This document shows, in pieces, positions 39,901 to 51,900 of a stretch of DNA of 64,000 bases. A program made the translations under genes and the position numbers. A model generated the notes under the pieces. That model was not told where the DNA came from and ran no database searches. It saw only the letters and a program-made list of their open reading frames with translations. The DNA is taken from assembly GCF_009914755.1 (NCBI RefSeq), contig NC_060944.1, one strand, 5' to 3'. The stretch is from the human T2T-CHM13v2.0 reference genome, Homo sapiens. Positions within the stretch are counted from its first letter, which is position 1. Every line of letters starts with the position of its first letter.

Positions 39901-42900
39901 GCATTCTCAGAAACTTCTTTGTGATGTCTGCATTCAATTCACAGAGTTGAGCATTCCCTTTCATAGAGCAGGTTGGAAACACTCTTTTTGTAGTATCTGG
40001 ATGAGGACATTTGGAGCGCTTTCAGGCGTATGGTGAAAAAGGAAATATCTTCCCGTAAAAACTAGACAGAAGCATTCTCAGAAGTTTATTTGTGATGTGT
40101 GCCCTCAACTAACAGAGTTGAACCTTTCTTTTGATAGAGCAGTTTTGAAACACTCTTTTTGTAAAATCTGCAAGAGGATATTTGGATAGCTTTGAGGATT
40201 TCGTTGCAAACGGGAATGGCTTCATATAAACTCTAGACAGAAGCATTCTCAGAAACTTCGTTGGGATGTTTCGATTGAAGTCCCAGTGTTGAACATTCCC
40301 TTTTATAGAGCAGGTTGGAAACACTCTTTCTGCATTCCCTGGAAGTGGACATTTGGAGCGCTTTCAGGACGACGGTGAAAATGGAAATATCTTCCAAGAA
40401 AATCTAGATAGAAGCAATGTCAGAAACTTTTATGTGATGGATCTACTCAGCTAACAGAGTTGAACCTTTCTTTTGAGAGAGCAGTTTTGCAACACTCTTT
40501 TTGTGGAATATGCAAGTGGATATTAGGGCAGCTTTGAGGATTTCGTTGGAAACGGGAATACATGTAAAAAGCAGACAGCAGCATTCTCAGAAACTTCTTT
40601 GTGATGTTTGCATTGAAGTCACAGAGTTGAACATTCCCTTTGAGAGAGCAGGTTTGAAACACGCCTTTTGTCATATCTGGAAGTGTCCATTCGGAGGGCA
40701 TTCAGGCTTGTGTTGAAAAAGGAAATATCCTCCCATAAAAACTAGACAGAAGCATTCTCAGAAACTTATCTGTGATGTATGTACTCAACTAACAGAACTA
40801 AACCATTGTTTTGAAGGAGCAGTTTTGAAACACTCTTTTTGCGGAATCTGCAAGTGGATATTTGGCTAGCTGGGAGGATTTCGTTGGAAACGGGATTACA
40901 TACAAAAAGCAGAGAGCAGCATTCTCAGAAACTTCTTTGTGATGTTTGCATTCAAGTCACAGAGTTGAACATTCCCTTTCATAGAGCAGGTTTGAAACAC
41001 TCTTTTTGTAGTATCTGGATGTGGACATTTGGATCGCTTTCAGGCCTATGGTGAAAAAGGAAATATCTTCCCATGAAGACTAGACAGAAGCATTCTCAGA
41101 AACTTATTTGTGATGTGTGCCCTCAACTGACAGTGTTGAACCTTTGTTTTGATAGAGCAGTTCTGAAACACACTTTTTGTGAAATCTGCAAGAGGATATT
41201 TGGATAGCTTTGAGGATTTCGTTGGAAACGGGAATGTCTTCATGTAAACTCTAGACAGAAGCATTCTCAGAAACTGCTTTGGGATGTTTCAATTGAAGTC
41301 CCAGTGTTGAACATTCCCTTTCATAGAGCAGGTTTGAAACACTCTTTTTGTACTATCTGGAAGTGGACATTTGGAGCGCTTTCAGGTCTACGGTGAAAAA
41401 GGAGATATCTTCCAATAAAAACTAGATAGAAGCAATGTCAGAACTTTTTTCATGATGTATCTACTCAGCAAACAGAGTTGAACCTTTCTTTTGAGAGAGC
41501 AGTTTTGAAACACTCTTTTTGTGGAATATGCAAGTGGGTATTAGGCCAGCTTGGAGGATTTCGTTGGAAACGGGAATACGTATAAAAAGCAGACAGCAGC
41601 ATTGTCAGAAACTACTTTGTGATGTTTGCATTCAAGTCACAGAATTGAACACTCCCTTTCACAGAGCAGGTTTGAAACACTCTTTTTGTAGTGTCTGTAA
41701 GTGAACATTTGGATTGCTTTCAGGCCTAAGGTGAAAAAGGAAATATCTTCCCATAAAAACTAGACAGAAGCATTCTCAGAAACTTGTTTGTGATGTGTGC
41801 CCTCTACTGACAGAGTTGAACCTTTCTTTGCAAAGAGCAGTTTTGAAACACTCTTTTTGTAGAATCTGCAAGAGGATATTTGGATAGCTTTGAGGATTTC
41901 TTGGGAAACGGGAATGTCTTCAGATAAACTCTAGACAGAAGCATTCTCAGAAACTTCTTTGGGATGTTTCAATTGAAGTCACAGTGTTGAACATTCCCTT
42001 TCACAGAGCAGGTTTGAAACACTCTTTTTGTAGTGTCTATAAGTGAACATTTGGCGTGCTTTCAGGCCTAACGTGAAAAAGGAAATATCTTCCCATAAAA
42101 ACTAGACAGAAGCATTCTCAGAAACTTGTTTGTGATGTGTGCCCTCTACTGACAGAGTTGAACCTTTCTTTGCAAAGAGCAGTTTTGAAACACTCTTTTT
42201 GTAGAATCTGCAAGAGGATATTTGGATAGCTTGGAGGATTTCTTGGGAAACGGGAATGTCTTCAGATAAACTCTAGACAGAAGCATTCTCAGAAAGTTCT
42301 TTGGGATGTTGCATTCAAGTCACAGAGTAGAACATTCCCATTCATAGAGCAGATTTGAAACACTCTTTTTGTGGTATCTGGAAGTGGACATTTGGAGCGC
42401 TTTCAGGCCTATGTTGAAAAAGGAAATATCTTCCCATAAAAACTAGACGGAAGCATTCTCAGAAACTTATTTGTGATGTGTTTGCTCAACTAACAGGATT
42501 GAACCATCGTTTTGAAGGAGCAGTTTTGAAACACTGTTTTCGTGGAATCTGCAAGTGGATATTTGGCTAGCTTTGAGGATTTCGTTGGAAACGGGATTAC
42601 ATATAAAAAGGAGACAGCAGCATTCTCAGAAACTTCTTTGTGATGTCTGCATTCAATTCACAGAGTTGAGCATTCCCTTTCATAGAGCAGGTTGGAAACA
42701 CTCTTTTTGTAGTATCTGGATGAGGACATTTGGAGCGCTTTCAGGCGTATGGTGAAAAAGGAAATATCTTCCCGTAAAAACTAGACAGAAGCCTTCTCAG
42801 AAGATTATTTGTGATGTGTGCCCTCAACTAACAGAGTTGAACCTTTCTTTTGATAGAGCAGTTTTGAAACACTCTTTTTGTAAAATCTGCAAGAGGATAT

Positions 42901-45900
42901 TTGGATAGTTTTGAGGATTTCGTTGCAAACGGGAATGGCTTCATATAAACTCTAGACAGAAGCATTCTCAGAAACTTCGTTGGGATGTTTCGATTGAAGT
43001 CCCAGTGTTGAACATTCCCTTTTATAGAGCAGGTTGGAAACACTCTTTCTGCATTCCCTGGAAGTGGACATTTGGAGCGCTTTCAGGACGACGGTGAAAA
43101 TGGAAATATCTTCCAAGAAAATCTAGATAGAAGCAATGTCAGAAACTTTTATGTGATGGATCTACTCAGCTAACAGAGTTGAACCTTTCTTTTGAGAGAG
43201 CAGTTTTGCAACACTCTTTTTGTGGAATATGCAAGTGGATATTAGGGCAGCTTTGAGGATTTCGTTGGAAACGGGAATACATGTAAAAAGCAGACAGCAG
43301 CATTCTCAGAAACTTCTTTGTGATGTTTGCATTGAAGTCACAGAGTTGAACATTCCCTTTGAGAGAGCAGGTTTGAAACACGCCTTTTGTCATATCTGGA
43401 AGTGTCCATTCGGAGCGCATTCAGGCTTGTGTTGAAAAAGGAAATATCCTCCCATAAAAACTAGACAGAAGCATTCTCAGAAACTTATCTGTGATGTATG
43501 TACTCAACTAACAGAACTAAACCATCGTTTTGAAGGAGCAGTTTTGAAACACTCTTTTTGCGGAATCTGCAAGTGGATATTTGGCTAGCTGGGAGGATTT
43601 CGTTGGAAACGGGATTACATACAAAAAGCAGACAGCAGCATTCTCAGAAACTTCTTTGTGATGTTTGCATTCAAGTCACAGAGTTGAACATTCCCTTTCA
43701 TAGAGCAGGTTTGAAACACTCTTTTTGTAGTATCTGGATGTGGACATTTGGATCGCTTTCAGGCCTATGGTGAAAAAGGAAATATCTTCCCATGAAAACT
43801 AGACAGAAGCATTCTCAGAAACTTATTTGTGATGTGTGCCCTCAACTGACAGTGTTGAACCTTTGTTTTGATAGAGCAGTTCTGAAACACACTTTTTGTA
43901 AAATCTGCAAGAGGATATTTGGATAGCTTTGAGGATTTCGTTGGAAACGGGAATGTCTTCATGTAAACTCTGGACAGAAGCATTCTCAGAAACTGCTTTG
44001 GGATGTTTCAATTGAAGTCCCAGTGTTGAACATTCCCTTTCATAGAGCAGGTTTGAAACACTCTTTTTGTACTATCTGGAAGTGGACATTTGGAGCGCTT
44101 TCAGGTCTACGGTGAAAAAGGAGATATCTTCCAATAAAAACTAGATAGAAGCAATGTCAGAACTTTTTTCATGATGTATCTACTCAGCAAACAGAGTTGA
44201 ACCTTTCTTTTGAGAGAGCAGTTTTGAAACACTCTTTTTGTGGAATATGCAAGTGGGTATTAGGCCAGCTTGGAGGATTTCGTTGGAAACGGGAATACGT
44301 ATAAAAAGCAGACAGCAGCATTGTCAGAAACTACTTTGTGATGTTTGCATTCAAGTCACAGAATTGAACACTCCCTTTCACAGAGCAGGTTTGAAACACT
44401 CTTTTTGTAGTGTCTGTAAGTGAACATTTGGATTGCTTTCAGGCCTAAGGTGAAAAAGGAAATATCTTCCCATAAAAACTAGACAGAAGCATTCTCAGAA
44501 ACTTGTTTGTGATGTGTGCCCTCTACTGACAGAGTTGAACCTTTCTTTGCAAAGAGCAGTTTTGAAACACTCTTTTTGTAGAATCTGCAAGAGGATATTT
44601 GGATAGCTTTGAGGATTTCTTGGGAAACGGGAATGTCTTCAGATAAACTCTAGACAGAAGCATTCTCAGAAACTTCTTTGGGATGTTTCAATTGAAGTCA
44701 CAGTGTTGAACATTCCCTTTCACAGAGCAGGTTTGAAACACTCTTTTTGTAGTGTCTATAAGTGAACATTTGGCGTGCTTTCAGGCCTAACGTGAAAAAG
44801 GAAATATCTTCCCATAAAAACTAGACAGAAGCATTCTCAGAAACTTGTTCTTGATGTGTCCCCTCTACTGACAGAGTTGAACCTTTCTTTGCAAAGAGCA
44901 GCTTTGAAACACTCTTTTTGTAGAATCTGCAAGAGGATATTTGGATAGCTTGGAGGATTTCGTTGGAAACGGGTATGTCTTCAGATAAACTCTAGACAGA
45001 AGCATTCTCAGAAACTTCTTTGGGATGTTGCATTCAAGTCACAGAGTAGAACATTCCCATTCATAGAGCAGATTTGAAACACTCTTTTTGTAGTATCTGG
45101 AAGTGGACATTTGGAGCGCTTTCAGGCCTATGTTGAAAAAGGAAATATCTTCCCATAAAAACTAGACGGAAGCATTCTCAGAAACTTATTTGTGATGTGT
45201 TTGCTCAACTAACAGGATTGAACCATCGTTTTGAAGGAGCAGTTTTGAAACACTGTTTTCGTGGAATCTGCAAGTGGATATTTGGCTAGCTTTGAGGATT
45301 TCGTTGGAAACGGGATTACATATAAAAAGGAGACAGCAGCATTCTCAGAAACTTCTTTGTGATGTCTGCATTCAATTCACAGAGTTGAGCATTCCCTTTC
45401 ATAGAGCAGGTTGGAAACACTCTTTTTGTAGTATCTGGATGAGGACATTTGGAGCGCTTTCAGGCGTATGGTGAAAAAGGAAATATCTTCCCGTAAAAAC
45501 TAGACAGAAGCCTTCTCAGAAGTTTATTTGTGATGTGTGCCCTCAACTAACAGAGTTGAACCTTTCTTTTGATAGAGCAGTTTTGAAACACTCTTTTTGT
45601 AAAATCTGCAAGAGGATATTTGGATAGCTTTGAGGATTTCGTTGCAAACGGGAATGGCTTCATATAAACTCTAGACAGAAGCATTCTCAGAAACTTCGTT
45701 GGGATGTTTCGATTGAAGTCCCAGTGTTGAACATTCCCTTTTATAGAGCAGGTTGGAAACACTCTTTCTGCATTCCCTGGAAGTGGACATTTGGAGCGCT
45801 TTCAGGACGACGGTGAAAATGGAAATATCTTCCAAGAAAATCTAGATAGAAGCAATGTCAGAAACTTTTATGTGATGGATCTACTCAGCTAACAGAGTTG

Positions 45901-48900
45901 AACCTTTCTTTTGAGAGAGCAGTTTTGCAACACTCTTTTTGTGGAATATGCAAGTGGATATTAGGGCAGCTTTGAGGATTTCGTTGGAAACGGGAATACA
46001 TGTAAAAAGCAGACAGCAGCATTCTCAGAAACTTCTTTGTGATGTTTGCATTGAAGTCACAGAGTTGAACATTCCCTTTGAGAGAGCAGGTTTGAAACAC
46101 GCCTTTTGTCATATCTGGAAGTGTCCATTCGGAGCGCATTCAGGCTTGTGTTGAAAAAGGAAATATCCTCCCATAAAAACTAGACAGAAGCATTCTCAGA
46201 AACTTATCTGTGATGTATGTACTCAACTAACAGAACTAAACCATCGTTTTGAAGGAGCAGTTTTGAAACACTCTTTTTGCGGAATCTGCAAGTGGATATT
46301 TGGCTAGCTGGGAGGATTTCGTTGGAAACGGGATTACATACAAAAAGCAGACAGCAGCATTCTCAGAAACTTCTTTGTGATGTTTGCATTCAAGTCACAG
46401 AGTTGAACATTCCCTTTCATAGAGCAGGTTTGAAACACTCTTTTTGTAGTATCTGGATGTGGACATTTGGATCGCTTTCAGGCCTATGGTGAAAAAGGAA
46501 ATATCTTCCCATGAAGACTAGACAGAAGCATTCTCAGAAACTTATTTGTGATGTGTGCCCTCAACTGACAGTGTTGAACCTTTGTTTTGATAGAGCAGTT
46601 CTGAAACACACTTTTTGTGAAATCTGCAAGAGGATATTTGGATAGCTTTGAGGATTTCGTTGGAAACGGGAATGTCTTCATGTAAACTCTAGACAGAAGC
46701 ATTCTCAGAAACTGCTTTGGGATGTTTCAATTGAAGTCCCAGTGTTGAACATTCCCTTTCATAGAGCAGGTTTGAAACACTCTTTTTGTACTATCTGGAA
46801 GTGGACATTTGGAGCGCTTTCAGGTCTACGGTGAAAAAGGAGATATCTTCCAATAAAAACTAGATAGAAGCAATGTCAGAACTTTTTTCATGATGTATCT
46901 ACTCAGCAAACAGAGTTGAACCTTTCTTTTGAGAGAGCAGTTTTGAAACACTCTTTTTGTGGAATATGCAAGTGGGTATTAGGCCAGCTTGGAGGATTTC
47001 GTTGGAAACGGGAATACGTATAAAAAGCAGACAGCAGCATTGTCAGAAACTACTTTGTGATGTTTGCATTCAAGTCACAGAATTGAACACTCCCTTTCAC
47101 AGAGCAGGTTTGAAACACTCTTTTTGTAGTGTCTGTAAGTGAACATTTGGATTGCTTTCAGGCCTAAGGTGAAAAAGGAAATATCTTCCCATAAAAACTA
47201 GACAGAAGCATTCTCAGAAACTTGTTTGTGATGTGTGCCCTCTACTGACAGAGTTGAACCTTTCTTTGCAAAGAGCAGTTTTGAAACACTCTTTTTGTAG
47301 AATCTGCAAGAGGATATTTGGATAGCTTTGAGGATTTCTTGGGAAACGGGAATGTCTTCAGATAAACTCTAGACAGAAGCATTCTCAGAAACTTCTTTGG
47401 GATGTTTCAATTGAAGTCACAGTGTTGAACATTCCCTTTCACAGAGCAGGTTTGAAACACTCTTTTTGTAGTGTCTATAAGTGAACATTTGGCGTGCTTT
47501 CAGGCCTAACGTGAAAAAGGAAATATCTTCCCATAAAAACTAGACAGAAGCATTCTCAGAAACTTGTTCTTGATGTGTGCCCTCTACTGACAGAGTTGAA
47601 CCTTTCTTTGCAAAGAGCAGCTTTGAAACACTCTTTTTGTAGAATCTGCAAGAGGATATTTGGATAGCTTGGAGGATTTCGTTGGAAACGGGTATGTCTT
47701 CAGATAAACTCTAGACAGAAGCATTCTCAGAAACTTCTTTGGGATGTTGCATTCAAGTCACAGAGTAGAACATTCCCATTCATAGAGCAGATTTGAAACA
47801 CTCTTTTTGTAGTATCTGGAAGTGGACATTTGGAGCGCTTTCAGGCCTATGTTGAAAAAGGAAATATCTTCCCATAAAAACTAGACGGAAGCATTCTCAG
47901 AAACTTATTTGTGATGTGTTTGCTCAACTAACAGGATTGAACCATCGTTTTGAAGGAGCAGTTTTGAAACACTGTTTTCGTGGAATCTGCAAGTGGATAT
48001 TTGGCTAGCTTTGAGGATTTCGTTGGAAACGGGATTACATATAAAAAGGAGACAGCAGCATTCTCAGAAACTTCTTTGTGATGTCTGCATTCAATTCACA
48101 GAGTTGAGCATTCCCTTTCATAGAGCAGGTTGGAAACACTCTTTTTGTAGTATCTGGATGAGGACATTTGGAGCGCTTTCAGGCGTATGGTGAAAAAGGA
48201 AATATCTTCCCGTAAAAACTAGACAGAAGCATTCTCAGAAGTTTATTTGTGATGTGTGCCCTCAACTAACAGAGTTGAACCTTTCTTTTGATAGAGCAGT
48301 TTTGAAACACTCTTTTTGTAAAATCTGCAAGAGGATATTTGGATAGCTTGGAGGATTTCGTTGCAAACGGGAATGGCTTCATATAAACTCTAGACAGAAG
48401 CATTCTCAGAAACTTCGTTGGGATGTTTCGATTGAAGTCCCAGTGTTGAACATTCCCTTTTATAGAGCAGGTTGGAAACACTCTTTCTGCATTCCCTGGA
48501 AGTGGACATTTGGAGCGCTTTCAGGACGACGGTGAAAATGGAAATATCTTCCAAGAAAATCTAGATAGAAGCAACGTCAGAAACTTTTATGTGATGGATC
48601 TACTCAGCTAACAGAGTTGAACCTTTCTTTTGAGAGAGCAGTTTTGCAACACTCTTTTTGTGGAATATGCAAGTGGATATTAGGGCAGCTTTGAGGATTT
48701 CGTTGGAAACGGGAATACATGTAAAAAGCAGACAGCAGCATTCTCAGAAACTTCTTTGTGATGTTTGCATTGAAGTCACAGAGTTGAACATTCCCTTTGA
48801 GAGAGCAGGTTTGAAACACGCCTTTTGTCATATCTGGAAGTGTCCATTCGGAGCGCATTCAGGCTTGTGTTGAAAAAGGAAATATCCTCCCATAAAAACT

Positions 48901-51900
48901 AGACAGAAGCATTCTCAGAAACTTATCTGTGATGTATGTACTCAACTAACAGAACTAAACCATCGTTTTGAAGGAGCAGTTTTGAAACACTCTTTTTGCG
49001 GAATCTGCAAGTGGATATTTGGCTAGCTGGGAGGATTTCGTTGGAAACGGGATTACATACAAAAAGCAGACAGCAGCATTCTCAGAAACTTCTTTGTGAT
49101 GTTTGCATTCAAGTCACAGAGTTGAACATTCCCTTTCATAGAGCAGGTTTGAAACACTCTTTTTGTAGTATCTGGATGTGGACATTTGGATCGCTTTCAG
49201 GCCTATGGTGAAAAAGGAAATATCTTCCCATGAAGACTAGACAGAAGCATTCTCAGAAACTTATTTGTGATGTGTGCCCTCAACTGACAGTGTTGAACCT
49301 TTGTTTTGATAGAGCAGTTCTGAAACACACTTTTTGTGAAATCTGCAAGAGGATATTTGGATAGCTTTGAGGATTTCGTTGGAAACGGGAATGTCTTCAT
49401 GTAAACTCTAGACAGAAGCATTCTCAGAAACTGCTTTGGGATGTTTCAATTGAAGTCCCAGTGTTGAACATTCCCTTTCATAGAGCAGGTTTGAAACACT
49501 CTTTTTGTACTATCTGGAAGTGGACATTTGGAGCGCTTTCAGGTCTACGGTGAAAAAGGAGATATCTTCCAATAAAAACTAGATAGAAGCAATGTCAGAA
49601 CTTTTTTCATGATGTATCTACTCAGCAAACAGAGTTGAACCTTTCTTTTGAGAGAGCAGTTTTGAAACACTCTTTTTGTGGAATATGCAAGTGGGTATTA
49701 GGCCAGCTTGGAGGATTTCGTTGGAAACGGGAATACGTATAAAAACAGACAGCAGCATTGTCAGAAACTACTTTGTGATGTTTGCATTCAAGTCACAGAA
49801 TTGAACACTCCCTTTCACAGAGCAGGTTTGAAACACTCTTTTTGTAGTGTCTGTAAGTGAACATTTGGATTGCTTTCAGGCCTAAGGTGAAAAAGGAAAT
49901 ATCTTCCCATAAAAACTAGACAGAAGCATTCTCAGAAACTTGTTTGTGATGTGTGCCCTCTACTGACAGAGTTGAACCTTTCTTTGCAAAGAGCAGTTTT
50001 GAAACACTCTTTTTGTAGAATCTGCAAGAGGATATTTGGATAGCTTTGAGGATTTCTTGGGAAACGGGAATGTCTTCAGATAAACTCTAGACAGAAGCAT
50101 TCTCAGAAACTTCTTTGGGATGTTTCAATTGAAGTCACAGTGTTGAACATTCCCTTTCACAGAGCAGGTTTGAAACACTCTTTTTGTAGTGTCTATAAGT
50201 GAACATTTGGCGTGCTTTCAGGCCTAACGTGAAAAAGGAAATATCTTCCCATAAAAACTAGACAGAAGCATTCTCAGAAACTTGTTCTTGATGTGTGCCC
50301 TCTACTGACAGAGTTGAACCTTTCTTTGCAAAGAGCAGCTTTGAAACACTCTTTTTGTAGAATCTGCAAGAGGATATTTGGATAGCTTGGAGGATTTCGT
50401 TGGAAACGGGTATGTCTTCAGATAAACTCTAGACAGAAGCATTCTCAGAAACTTCTTTGGGATGTTGCATTCAAGTCACAGAGTAGAACATTCCCATTCA
50501 TAGAGCAGATTTGAAACACTCTTTTTGTAGTATCTGGAAGTGGACATTTGGAGCGCTTTCAGGCCTATGTTGAAAAAGGAAATATCTTCCCATAAAAACT
50601 AGACGGAAGCATTCTCAGAAACTTATTTGTGATGTGTTTGCTCAACTAACAGGATTGAACCATCGTTTTGAAGGAGCAGTTTTGAAACACTGTTTTCGTG
50701 GAATCTGCAAGTGGATATTTGGCTAGCTTTGAGGATTTCGTTGGAAACGGGATTACATATAAAAAGGAGACAGCAGCATTGTCAGAAACTTCTTTGTGAT
50801 GTCTGCATTCATTTCACAGAGTTGAGCATTCCCTTTCATAGAGCAGGTTGGAAACACTCTTTTTGTAGTATCTGGATGAGGACATTTGGAGAGCTTTCAG
50901 GCGTATGGTGAAAAAGGAAATATCTTCCCGTAAAAACTAGACAGAAGCATTCTCAGAAGTTTATTTGTGATGTGTGCCCTCAACTAACAGAGTTGAACCT
51001 TTCTTTTGATAGAGCAGTTTTGAAACACTCTTTTTGTAAAATCTGCAAGAGGATATTTGGATAGCTTTGAGGATTTCGTTGCAAACGGGAATGGCTTCAT
51101 ATAAACTCTAGACAGAAGCATTCTCAGAAACTTCGTTGGGATGTTTCGATTGAAGTCCCAGTGTTGAACATTCCCTTTTATAGAGCAGGTTGGAAACACT
51201 CTTTCTGCATTCCCTGGAAGTGGACATTTGGAGCGCTTTCAGGACGACGGTGAAAATGGAAATATCTTCCAAGAAAATCTAGATAGAAGCAACGTCAGAA
51301 ACTTTTATGTGATGGATCTACTCAGCTAACAGAGTTGAACCTTTCTTTTGAGAGAGCAGTTTTGCAACACTCTTTTTGTGGAATATGCAAGTGGATATTA
51401 GGGCAGCTTTGAGGATTTCGTTGGAAACGGGAATACATGTAAAAAGCAGACAGCAGCATTCTCAGAAACTTCTTTGTGATGTTTGCATTGAAGTCACAGA
51501 GTTGAACATTCCCTTTGAGAGAGCAGGTTTGAAACACGCCTTTTGTCATATCTGGAAGTGTCCATTCGGAGCGCATTCAGGCTTGTGTTGAAACAGGAAA
51601 TATCCTCCCATAAAAACTAGACAGAAGCATTCTCAGAAACTTATTTGTGATGTATGTACTCAACTAACAGAACTAAACCATCGTTTTGAAGGAGCAGTTT
51701 TGAAACACTCTTTTTGCGGAATCTGCAAGTGGATATTTGGCTAGCTGGGAGGATTTCGTTGGAAACGGGATTACATACAAAAAGCAGACAGCAGCATTCT
51801 CAGAAACTTCTTTGTGATGTTTGCATTCAAGTCACAGAGTTGAACATTCCCTTTCATAGAGCAGGTTTGAAACACTCTTTTTGTAGTATCTGGATGTGGA

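Noticed and set aside
22071-44011. Extra 62-aa minus-strand ORF (MKHPKAVSENA...) present only in U9, U10, U14 and U17
   Set aside because: It is created by one SNV (tctagac>tctggac) that removes a stop codon. It is useful as a haplotype marker but is not evidence of coding.
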